Shown here piece after piece: positions 1-11,900 of a stretch of DNA of 43,061 nt. The notes under the pieces were generated by a model. That model saw only the letters and a program-made list of their open reading frames with translations. It did no database searches and had not been told where the DNA came from. Positions within the stretch are counted from its first letter, which is position 1, and each line of letters opens with the position of its first letter. Both the position numbers and the translations under genes were made by a program. Source of the stretch: Rhizaria sp. SCN 62-66 (Eukaryota); NCBI GenBank assembly GCA_001724265.1, contig MEDY01000262.1:1-43061 (forward strand), given 5' to 3'.

Positions 1-33
1 GTTTAACAAACTACGTACACGAAATTAGGTAAA

Positions 34-3000
34 TTAATCAACGAAAAACGCGCTATCACCGTCATACTGATTCTCTTGCTCATGCTCCGCGTGATCGCCG
101 TTGCTATCGCCATCAACACGACTCACCGCCGCGCTGTCGTCAAGCGCCATGCTCACGTCTGGCGTATACACACTCACTTGGTCCGCGCCAAACCGCACCC
201 GTCCCGTCGCGCTGACGCCAGCGCTGGCACTGGTGGCCGCCGCAGTATCGCTGAAGCCCACGCCGGCGGCGGCGCGTTGCTGCGGCTGGCGGCGCAGCGC
301 CGACTTGACTGGTCGCTTCGAGAGCTGACGCAGCACCTGCGCGGGGCTGTGCGCGGACAACGCCACGCGGCCGACGGCGCCGGGGCCGGGGGCGGCGGGG
401 CCAGGAGCGGGGGCACCAGTGGCAGCAGAGGGCTGGCCGGGGAACTGTACATCGACGCGGGCGTTGTTGACGCTGTTATCGACGCATCTGTTGCTGTTTA
501 AGTCAGTGGGGTACTCTTCGAAGCCATCGTCGTCGTAGTCGTTCGCAGCTGCGTCAACAGTCTGGTGAGTGTCAACTGCGAACATCGTTTTCGAGCGTGA
601 GTGCGCCTGCGAGGGAGATCCAGGCGGCGTCAAATAGCCGGCGTAGCCACTCGCAGTGTTGCCGTTAGTCGTACCGCTGTCAACAAAGCTCTGCGACTGT
701 TGTGGTTCCTGCTGTGGGTAATGCTGCGGCTGCTGATATAAAGCAGGTTGATGTTGGGGCAACACGAAGCCCTGAGGCAGATCAGCCAGCGGCGGCGGTG
801 GAGGCGGATGCATGAATGCCGTGGGCAGCCGACGCACCGGTTGACTGACGGCACCACGCTCAAGCTCGGGACCTTCGCGGTCACTACGCTCACGATAACC
901 GTGCTGTTCACGGTCACTGCCTCCAACATCATCACGGTGAAGCATTCGGTCACGCTCACGGTGTTGTTCACGGTCACCCCGACTGTCACGGCCGTGATTA
1001 TATTCGTGGGATTCACGTTCACTCAGGCGCTCATGCTGGCGGTAGCGGCCGCGGTTGTCCATCACTGGATGCCAGTCATCAACGGCAACGCGACTTTCAG
1101 CATCGCGGTCAAAAGGAGCACGATTGCCGCCCGAACTCTCCCATGCGTTGTCAGTCATGTTCCCCGTGTTATGCGCCTGGTGTTGCTGCAAGAACGCGGA
1201 AAAGCGGCCCTTTACAGAGCCGCTGGTAGACGGGCCAGCAGTCCCCCGACCGGCGCCCGCACTCACAATCGGCGGCCGCGGCTCGTGCTGCTGCGCCTGC
1301 TGCGGCTGCTGCTGCTGCTGATTGGCAGTACCGCGATCCAGGCGCGGGTCTAAGGGTGCGGAAACACTTAGACGCGGGTCGAGCGGCGCAGACTTCGCGC
1401 TGAGACGCGGGTCCGCCGGCGCGTAGTCGCGGTCACCGAAGCTCGCGGCGCCAGCGCCGGTGTACGTGAGCGGGGCAGGCACAGCTGGGGCGTCGCGCGG
1501 GCCGAAACTGTCACTGGGGCCAGACCTGCGTTGCTGCACAGCACCTGCATTCGCACCATCGCCCGCGAAAGCGTGTTGCTGCGGCTCTGTGTCCGCGGTA
1601 GGGGCAGAGAACGACTGCGGCAGCACTCGGGGCGGCTGGATAAACGCGGGCAGCTCGCGGTCGTCGTCGCCCTCGAACCTTTGCTCGCGAGTGTCTCGTG
1701 GTTCGGGCTGTTGACGGCGGGGGCGTTCAGAGGCCTTCGCAGTGCGTACCGGACCAAGTACGGGCAGCGGAATCGTCGGTGGCATCCTGTAGTCACCATA
1801 TCCGCTATCCTCGTAGTCACTGTCAGCGCCGCCGTTATTTGCGTCGTCAGCCACAGCCTCGTTCGCGCGGAACTGCGTGTAGCGGCGGTCGTTGCGCGAG
1901 GCCTGTGCGTAGCCCACGTCTAAGTACCCGAACCCCTTAGGCATCGCAGCCACGCTCGTGTCCAAGGGCACGTTGAGACCAGCGTCCTGCTCGTCGCGGC
2001 CGCGTGCAGGCGGTGTCCGCCCACCACGCTGCCTCTCTCGCGACTGAAACTGCGGCTGGGACTGCGCCTGCGACTGCGCGTAGCTTTGCACGGATGCCAG
2101 CGCCGCCACCGTCGCCAACGCCGCCGCACCGATTACGGTTTCGTCGTCGTACCGTCGAAGCTCCCGCCGCCGCGGCGACCGGGACCGGCGCGGAGACCTC
2201 GACCGCGACTGTGAGGGCGACGGTGACGGCGACGGTGAGGGAGATTGGGCTCCATCGGCGTTGGCACGCGGCGCCGCTGTTGTCTCTGCTGGCGCAGCCC
2301 AGCGCGGCGGGGCCTGGCCGAAACCGGCGACGCGCGGGCGGCGGAACCGGCTGTCACCCGTGCTTACGCCAGTCAACGCAAACTCACCGTCGCCGCTGCC
2401 GCTGCCGTGTGCTGCGGTGGAGCGAGCCTGCGGAGACTGGGGGTCCTGGTTCTCGTATGCGTCGACGCTGATGTTGCGGGGGTCCGTGTTGCGCGGCGCT
2501 GAGAGCTGGCCGAACCCGACGCCGGGGAGACGCCGGCGCACCGCCGAGTCGATGTCGCCATCGCCGGCCTCGGAGCGAGCAGACCGGCGGGGACGGCCGC
2601 CGGGAGGGCGCCCGCGCGACTGCGACAGCGGCGCAGAGTCCGCGTCGTAGTCGTCGCCGTCGCTGCCGTCGTCGTCGTCGTGACCGTGGTAGTGGCGGCT
2701 GCCGCGAGTGCTGTAGTACTCCCCGTGGTAGTAGCTGCCTTTGCCGTTGCCGTGGGCGGCAGCGCGGTAGTCGGGGGCGTTGTTCACGTCGAGCAAGATG
2801 TTGACCGACGTGTCCACCACATCGGCGCCGTTATCTACGTCGCGAGAGCGTTGTGGCTGCCATTGTAACTCATCACGGTCGCGGCCGCGTTGGTGAGGCC
2901 GGACAACGACCATTTTGCCGTTCTCATCGATGTACCGCCTCACGCCGTCGCTGTCGACACTGGCGGCGCTCACCCCCCAGGCGTTATTCATTGCGCCGGC

Positions 3001-6000
3001 ACTAGGGGCCCTGCCGGAGCGGCCGGTGGTGCGGCCCATCGCGACATTCCTGACGGCCGCGCTCGCAGCGCCTGTGGCGGCAGCGAACTTGAGGTCCAGC
3101 GAGTCGTCCACCGCCGCGGGGTACTTAGAGGCGCGGGACTTAGAGTACTGATGCTCCGGATCTAGGGGGGCCGGGGACTCCGCGCGGCGCGCTGCAGTCG
3201 TCGACCCGTCAGGCATGCCCCACCGCACACGTTGCTGCTGCTGCTGCTGCTTATCATCAACAAAGCGCTTGTTATGACGCTGCTTCCGATTCAGCTGCTG
3301 TTCTTGCTGTTTCTGGTGCTGGAGTAGTTTCTCTTGCTGATGCTGCAGCTGCTCGCGGTCGCGCAGTGTCACAGCTGATGCAGGGAGGGGAATGGACACA
3401 CAGTCCTCATAATCATCCTCAGAACCGCCCACAGGGGCCACAAAGCTCTGGCCCGGCGTCTTCGCAGCGGGCGAATGCGACGCAGCCTGCGCCTCGGCCC
3501 TGGCCCTGGCCTTCGCTGCGGCGAGCGCGCGCGCGGCCTCCGGCCCGGGGCCGAGGCTGGGTGTGCCGCGGAAGCGACTGCGCCGGGTGCCCGCGTCGCT
3601 CGGGTACAGCAGCTTGACTGAGCGTTTACTCCTGCTCTTACTCTTGCGCGGGCGCTCCGCGTTTGCCGTGCCGCGGGCACTCTGCGCATGTGCGCGGGGC
3701 GCAGCGTACGCAGTGGCGGCGTCGTCGATGTATGTGCTCACGCCTTCGTAGTAACGAACGCGCACATCGTCGTCATCGTCGTTGTCGGCGCTGTCAGTCG
3801 TGAAGTCAGACGACGAGGACGAGAGCTCGGCAGGGAGCGCGTATGCCGCGGGCCCCAGCGCACGCCGCTGCCGCGCCCGCTCCCTGCGGCGCGCGCCGCG
3901 GGCGCTGGCCAGCGCGCCGCCGTGCCGCCGCCGCAGCAGCCGCGCGTGGCGCCTGCGCTCCCTCCGCGTCGACTGCGACATCAGCAGCCCGCCCGCATGA
4001 GTGTGGTTGTGCGCGGCGTTGGCGTCAACGCGGGGCGCCCGGCCCCAGCCGCCGCCGTGCACGCGCGGCTCCACGGCGCGGAAGTCGAGCCGCAGCGGCA
4101 CCGCGGCGTGGCCAATGACCGTGTCGAGCGCGGACGGCGCGAGACGCGGGCTGCGAAGTGCGTTGGCATCAGTGCAAGAGCGAGAGCGTGCGCCACTGCC
4201 CGGAGAAGTGAATACGACCTTGATGTCGCTCTTCTCGGGGCTGATGCCGGCAAAGTTAAGAGTGTCTTGCTCTAGCGGGACACCGTCACTCGGGCCATTG
4301 GCGGCACGGCCATCATCATCATCAGCGTCGGAGTCGTCTGCACCGCGCCTGCCCGAACAGCGCCAGAGCCAGGGCTTGCTCTGCCTGCTCAGCAGCCGCT
4401 GCTGCAGCTGGTGCTGCTCACGGTCGTTCTGCTGCTTCGCCAGCCGCTGGCTCACCCAGTTCGAGTAAAGGAAGGCTAAGCCGCCTGCCGCTCTTGACTT
4501 GTCGCCGCCCTTGGCAGCCGCCTCGGCCTCGGCGGCAGCGCGCTCGTCGGCCGCAGTCAGCCGGCCCCGGCGCTGCCGCGATAGCAGCCCGCTCGCGACC
4601 ACGCTGGCGCGGGCGCTCAACGGCACCGTGCTGTTGAGCGAGTTTGTGGTGGTGTTCACATCGCTTGATGCCGGGATCTGAGGGCGGATCGTTGCGGCGC
4701 TGACGCTGGCAGGCAGCTGGGCCTTGGGCTTAGTGAAGCCAAGATCGCCGATCCCGCGCGATGCAAAGACACCAGCACTGTCACCGTTAGCATCAGCGTC
4801 GTCATCGCTTGCACTGGACTCAGCGTCGTCGGCAGTGGCAGGGCTCTTGCTCGTGCCTTGGTTGTCCCGCACAAGTGTGTCGTCCATCGACTGGCCCTTA
4901 GACTTGCTCGTCATGTAAGGGGTCGGGCGGCTACTTAAAATGGTGCCGTCGCCCCAGCGCGCGCGCCGGCCACTTACTGCGTCAGCGTTGACCTGGGTAC
5001 TTAGCCCCTCGCCCGCGTTCTCAAGTTGCGCGGTGAACGTCCCCGGCCCCTTACTATTGACGCCGACGCTCTTGAGCGGCAGCAGCAGGCGCGGCGCAGC
5101 GCCAAACCCGCGCACGCCGGGCACGCGGGGCGCCAGCGCGTCCAGCGCGCGCGCGACGTTCAGTACACCAGCGGTGGCACCCGCGGAGAACTTGCCACCG
5201 ACGGCGCGGGCGACGGCGCTCTCGGTCGCGGCCTCGGCGGCGGCGTCCTTGCCCAAGAACACAAGCCCCCCCGCTTCGTTATTATGGCCGGCTGTCGTCG
5301 CGTGCAAGTGCGCGCTGGTAGCGCCGAGCGGGAAGAACAAGCCGCGTGCGACACTCGAGCCAAACGGCGCAGCGGCGGTGCTTTTCACAGTCTCAGAGAC
5401 TCGGGGCGCTGCAGTGTCGTCATCACTGTTAGTATCCTTCGCCGTTGCGCCGTCGCCCAGGCCAGCGCGCAGCCGCGCCAGCCTCATCTCGCGCTGCAGC
5501 CGCTCTTTGGCGCGCGCGCGCTCATCACGAGTCGCCAGACCCGCAGCGCTGTTGCTATGACTGTTAACACCACCACTGTAGCCGCCACGGCCGGCGTGTT
5601 TGACCGCGTCTGGCCCCAGCGCGGCCGAGAGCGCGGCCAGATCCGCCGCGGCCTCGGCCACGGCCGCGCCCGCCGCGCCGCCGTAGGGGTCCCTGCCCGC
5701 GCCAACCGCGGCGTGGCGAGCCGTGCCCGCGGCGCCAAAGCTGAAGGCCGGCTTGCGGCTGAAGGGTGCCGCGGCGGGGGCCGCGAAAGGCTTCTAGTGG
5801 AAGAGCAGCCGCGGGTGGGTGCGCGCGCGCCCGAGCCGGTCCGCGCGCTCCAGCTCCAGCAGCGCGGCCTCGGCGCGCGACACGGGCGCCGGCGGGGACC
5901 GCGCGCGGCCGCGGAACTGAGACAGCAGCTGCAGCCGCTGCCGCGCGCGCGAGATACCGCGGCGGCCTGCGTTGTCCTGCGACTGTGACGAGTCGAACTG

Positions 6001-8358
6001 GCTCGGTGCGGTGTACCGTGCCTCCGTCGTCGCACCCAGCGGCGCCAGCAGCTGCAGCTGTGGGTCAGCCGCGGCGAGCGCAACGCCGCGCGACTGCGCC
6101 AGCGCCTCCACGGGCCCAGGGACCCTGGTGCGGCTCGCGCGGTCCACCTGCACCGCGTCCACGACCTCCCTGCGCGCGGCGGCGGCGTCCGCGGCGGCGG
6201 CGGCGCTGGCCGCGGCAGCGACGGCGGCGCGCAAGCGGGCCCGCTCCAGCTGCGGCGTCGGCGCCGTCGGTTTGAAGCCCCACGCGGAAGTTAGGCCGCG
6301 CGAGGACTGGTCACGGTCACTCGCATCACTGCCGCCCTCATCACCGTCACCGCTGTGGGCACCGTTAATGCGGTCAGGGTTATAGCTGTGCTTGAAGCTA
6401 GCCTTCTTGCCCTTGCCCTTGCGCTTCCCTCCGCGCCCACCCCGGCGGCGGCCGCCACTGCGCTTGCCATCCGCGTTGCCAGCGAGGGTGCGCGCAGTGG
6501 CCAGCAGCGCGGCGCGTTCGCGCTGGGCGGCACCGTATCCCGCGGTGTTGCCGCTGTCGCCGCCGTCCGCCTGGAAAGTTAGGCCGCGCGGCGGGGACTG
6601 GAAGGCGGGGGACGGCCGCTGCTGCTGCTGTTGCGGCAGTTGTTGTTGCTTCCAGAGGGGCACCGGCTTCTTTGCAGCCTCATTCGCACTTGCTTTGCTG
6701 GTGTCCGCTTCAGCGCTAGAGCCGACGTTGTCCGCGCTGTGAGCAGCAGCGACAGGGCGCTTTAGGGTCATAACACCACGAGACTGGTACCCGCTATCGC
6801 CATCGTCGGCATTGACATCGGCGTCACCTTCGCCAGCATTGGTGAAAGTCTTGCTTCCAGCGTTGTTGTTGTTATTGCCGTCAGTGCCGTTGACTTTGCG
6901 GGCAAATGCGAGCAGTGCCTGCCTGCGCTTCTCTTCCTTCTCGTCAATCGCACTGCCGCCGTCACTGTTAGTACTCTTCGGAATCACATCGCGAGGAATC
7001 GAGCTGCCAAAGCCAGCTCCAGCGCCGAGTGCAAAGCTGCCACGGCGGCTGTTGTTCGCGCTCACTGTCGGGCTGCTGGGGCCGGAAAGCGCCGTCGTGG
7101 TGGCGGCCTTGTCTGTGGTGGGGGCGGCGGCTTGGCTTTGGTTCTGCGCCTTATACTTGAGGTAGGCCGCGATGGCGCGCCGAGACGCCATAGCCTCTTT
7201 CTTGCTCTCGCTCTCACTCGGTGTTGGGCTGGCGGCGCTTTGACTGCTATATGGCTTGCCTTCAGCGACAGAGCGAGAGCGGGGGCGCACAGCACTGCTA
7301 CCACTGTGTGAACCGTCGCTGGTTGGCGAGAGGAGGCCGACTGACCGGGAACCGTGCTCGGAGCTCTTGCCGTCAGCGTCATCATGATCGCGGTCACGAC
7401 CACCGGCGCTCTCATTGCTCTGACTCAGGGCCTAACGCCGTCGGGCAATGCGCTAGAGCTCGCGCTCCAGCTTAGCCACAGTGTCCTCATCATCGCCATT
7501 CTCGTCAGTGGCAGCTTTGATAGCAATCATGGGTCCATCTAGAGCTGGGCTCTTCGCTGCCGCAGCCATTGCGCGCGCGCGCTACCGCAAGACTGCCGGA
7601 TGTAGCGGCGCACTAATGTCGCCACCAGCAGCAGCGGGCGTGGCAGATTTAGTCGGCTTTGCAGCGTTTACAGATGTGTGTGTACTAGGAACGCGGTCTG
7701 AGAGGGATTTCGACCTGGCTTTCGCAGTCCCAGTAACAACCCCAGTGCCAGTGCCAGCGCCAGTGCGGGGCTGCTTGGTTTTGCTTTCGGCAGCACTGGC
7801 AGCAACATTTACAGGGGCGTGAGCAAGACTAACCCCGCGCGTGGCAGCGTTACTTGCAGACCGGGCGGTCTCAGCGGTTGCAGCAGAGGTTCCTGAGGTT
7901 CCAGTGGAGCTCGTCACAGGTAATGTGGAGCTCTTACCACCCGCACTGCTAGCGCTACTAGTCGCGGGCGCGGTGCTCGCGGGCGCCCCCGCGCGCGGCG
8001 TTTCGGTGCCCACGAGCGCGGGCGCGGCCAGCAGCTTGTCAAGCAGTGCGCTGTTGTTGCTGGCGAGTGCGACGGCAGTGTGCCTGTCGCGCAGCGCGCC
8101 GGCCGCCGCCGTCACCGCCGACAACAGCTGCACCGCCTCGCCGCCCAGCGGGGGCATGGGGCCAAAGGCTGTCGGTGCGGATGTCGACGACGCAGGCACA
8201 ACGGCTGCAGCGGCCGCGCGCTCCAGAGAGAGCAGCGTGGCCAGCGTCGTGGGCGTGACTGCTTTGGCTGAGGCGAAGCATTGCGTGCGCAAGGTGTCGA
8301 TGCGCGAGAGTATTTCGGCTAACACGCCAATGGCTACCAGGGAGGCGCCGGATGACAT
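34..8358 (-). CDS. Giant low-complexity uncharacterised protein (~2774 aa) containing four in-frame TAG codons; possibly flagellar/microtubule-associated
   Basis: Track ORFs 7582..8358, 5794..7290 and 34..5661 share one frame. Manual translation of the gaps gives coding-like sequence with only TAG interruptions (7582-84, 7453-55, 7432-34, 5794-96), no TAA/TGA and no frameshift. ATG at 8358, TAA at 34-36. No AT-rich spacer or intron-like segment inside. A pseudogene or edited transcript cannot be excluded. Confidence 0.75.
1339..1420 (-). repeat. Three tandem coding repeats of P[AL]DPRL
   Basis: Translation PADPRLSAKSAPLDPRLSVSAPLDPRL; DNA core cgcgggtc occurs three times on the + strand. Confidence 0.8.
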
Positions 8359-8963
8359 CGCGGTGGCGTTGCGTCCGCGTATCTACGTGTCCTGTGGAAA
8401 GTTGAGACTAGTTCGAGCAAGAGGGGACGACACAGTGTGAGGAGTGGCGAACTTGAGGAGGCAGATACATAGTATGACCGATGATATAAGAGTTTTAATT
8501 ACGGATTTAGACTATAATTTTGATTATTCTTCATAGGGTCCCATTAAAACTCAACTTAACGATCAATCTGTCGAGCTCTGAGTTGGTTTCTGAACCTTCT
8601 TTTTGAACCTGCAGCGAGTCAAAATCGTTTGTGGTTGGCCAGCAAGTCCGAAAATTATTTTAGTTTTTCGACCGCTGAACTGGCTGGCACGAGCCACCCT
8701 TCTCGACGATCCTGGCCTGTTTGGAACATCGTTCCATCTCGATTTAGCAATGTTTTTCTGCTCTCTTATAGAGCTCTTTGGACTTTGCAGATTTAGTCGG
8801 CTCACCTGTATTGTTCATTGCTTCTGAAACCGCTGCTGTCTCTGCTTTTGTGTCTTGTTCCAGACAGTCGCACGCCCCTGCTTGGGAGACACGAGGCCAC
8901 CGTTTAAACCGATTCCCTGCCCTCCGAGCTCGTTTTCTTTCCCCGTGTAAACCAGCTGCAACG

Positions 8964-11900
8964 ATGAGCAAGCGCGGCGCCAGCGTGATGCGCCTCCCGT
9001 TCGCAACGGCCGGCCCCTGGATGGCATACTTCGACGAGCGCAGCGGTAAGGACTACTTCAGCAACAGTGAAGATATGTCCGTCCAGTGGTCGTGCCCCGA
9101 GGCGCTGGCCGAGACCGTCGCCACCGTTCGCCAACACTACCCTGAGGGCACGCAGCCCCCGCCCAACGCCATCGCGACCATCAATGCGCCCGGCAGCGTC
9201 GCCGCCGGCGCCGCCCCCACCATCGCGTCGATCCCCGAGGGCTCCGGCTCGGGTTCTGTCTCCCTCAACCCCAGCCCCACCTCGGCCACCACGCCCGCGG
9301 CCGCCACCACGCCCGCCGCAGCTGCGACCCCGGAACCCTCGGCGACCCCCGAGCCCGCCGCCGTTGCCGCCGCCCCCGCCGCGTCTGCGTCCTTCAAGGC
9401 CCCGCCGCCCCTCCCCGCCGGCGCCGGCGCAGGTGCGGCCGTGCCGCCCCCGCTGCCGGTCGGCGCGGCCCGCGGCGGCCCGCCGCCCCTGCCCGCCGGC
9501 TCGAGCCTCCCGCCCCCGCTGCCCGCCGGCGCTGCGGCGTCAGGGACCCCGTCTCCGTCGGCAGGCGGCGCCCCGCCCGGCGCGGTGCGCACCCCCCTGG
9601 CCGGGATGGGCATGGCGGGCATGATCGCGCTCCCCGGCATGTCCCGCGGGCTGCCGCCGAAGCTCCAGCGCGCCATCTCCTCCTCGAACACCGATGCCAA
9701 CGCCACCGAGTCCAGCGGCACCGGTGCGCCCGCCGCCGAGCATACCCCTGCCCCTGCCCCCGCCGCCGCTCCTGCCGAGCCCGCTGCTGCCGCTGCCGCG
9801 GCGGAGGAGGCCGGAGCCGCGTCCCCCTGCGTCGCCACTACCGCGGAGCCCGCCGCTGTTGCCGTCGCCGTCGCCGCTCCGCTGGCCGGCGGCGCCGCCG
9901 CCGAGGCCGCTCTGCTGACCTCCCCAATCGACACCGCCGAGCCTGTCTCCACCGCCGACGCCGCTGCCGCCGCTGCTGCTCAGGCGCAGTCTGAGCCCGC
10001 GCTGAGCCCCGTCGCCGAGTCCGAACCCGGCGCCGCCGCCCCCACGGCCAGCGACGAAGACGCCGCACAGCCGCTGTCGGCGTCCCCCGCGCTGCAGCAG
10101 CGCGCGTCGGTGCTGCCCCCTCTTAACACGGCCGACGCCGAGGCCGAGTCGCCCGCCGTGTCGCCCACCTCCGACAACGAGGTACGCGGATGTCGGACCA
10201 TAGCAAAGCTTGATCTTGATTTTAATTATTTTTTTTAATTCTATATTATATCGTATCTCTACATGTTTTGTTTTATTTTACTTACATATCCCTTCTGTTT
10301 ATCGATTCTCTGCCTTTAGGCCGCCGACACTGTGGCGCCCGCCCTGCTCGCTGCCGCGCGCGCCGCCGGCCACCGCGGCGGCCCCTCTCATTCGGGGCAC
10401 AGCGACGTCTCCGGCTCAGGCCATAGCGCCCCGCCGCACAACCCACAAGACGACGGCGAAGAGCTGGACCTGGACAAGCACTTCATCCAGTCGCCCATCG
10501 CGCAGCGCTCGAGCATCACCATCGGGCCGGGGTCCTCGCAGCGGCCCTCGATGGTCGCCCTCTCGGGACACTCCAACCCCGGCGGCCGCCAGTCGCAGGT
10601 TTCCGCTGGCGCCCCAGCCGCCGCCGTTGCCGCCACCGCCGCAGCCGCAGCCGCCGCCCCCGCTGCCGTGACCGCGCCGGTGGACCCGACTGCGCCGGTG
10701 TTTCTGACCGTGATGGGCACGCCCCCGGTTTGGGCGGCCTACTACTCGCCCCCGGCCGACAAGTGCTACTTCTACAACTTGATGACCCAGGTCACCACCT
10801 GGGAGTGCCCCGCCGATATCGCGCCCGCCGCCGCCGCTGCAGAGGCTGACCACCGCGCCAAGCTTAAGGCCGCCGCCGCTGCCGCTGCTGCTGCTGCTGC
10901 GCCCGCGCCCCCGGCCGCGGCCCCGGCGCCTGTGTCGGCGAGCGGGTTCGCGACCACGCCCGCCGCCGCCGCCGCCGCCGCCCACGCGCAGAACACCCGA
11001 CCCAGCACTGCGAGCGCCCCGCCGCCGCTGGGGCTGCAGACGCCGAGCCAGCGCGCGTCTACGACGGACGCCGGCGCCATGGGCTCTCCCTCGCGCTACA
11101 CGCCCGCCGTCGCCGGCAAGCCCCTCTTCCGCGCCTCCGTCCTCGACGACCAGGCTGGCGCCTCGACGACCGCCACCCCCGGCGCCGCTCCCGCTGCTTC
11201 TCCCGAGAGTGAGGATGCGACGAAGCTGAGCCCCGCGCCGTCGTACAGCGGCAACGCGGCGGCGGGCGAGCCCCCGCTGCACGCCGAGGTGGCCCAGTCA
11301 GCGCCGCTCCCGCTCGCGCGCGAGGGCACCGTGGAGCGCCTTACCACCGGGCTCCGCAAGGCGTTCAAGCCGCGCTTCGTGCTGCTGGCCGACAACGCGC
11401 TGCGGTACTGGGACTCACAGGAGGAGGCCGGCGCGCACCTTGACAAGCCTAAGGGCGAGGGGTCGGTGCCCGGCTGCGTCATTCACCGCCCGCCCCACGA
11501 CGCCCCCGCCGTGCGCTACGGGCTCACTATCAACGCCATCCAGCAGGTACGTTTTGGATGCTCTCTTTAGGCTTAAGATGGGGTTGAGATCAAATTAATT
11601 TCTTTTATTTTTGTTTATTTCAGATTCAGTTTAATATGTTTTTAATAGTTTGATTATTTTGTGATTAATATTCACTAACCACTCTATATATCACTCTTTC
11701 TGTGTGGCGCTTCCTCTCGCAGGGTTCCTCGACGACGATTCTGCCCTTCACGCTCAAGTTCTCCCGCGCGGAGGACTTGGAGGCGTGGTGCGGGGTGCTG
11801 ACGCGCAACGGCGCCGTCGACGGCCGTGCCGCGGTGCCCGTCACGCTCGGCTCAGTGGCCGGCGGCGGCGGCTACGGCTCCGCGTCCCCCGCGCTCGTCG

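Noticed and set aside
5794-7584. Introns removing the in-frame TAGs
   Set aside because: Mapped introns are AT-rich with GTnCG donors. These regions are GC-rich and exon-like, and the one nearby GTTCG (~5997) joined to the TAG at 5794 would shift the frame. Not fully excluded without RNA-seq.
34-8358. Treating track ORFs 7582..8358, 5794..7290 and 34..5661 as three genes
   Set aside because: Same frame, two begin at GTG, linkers are coding-like, and the AT-rich spacer seen between every real gene pair here is absent.
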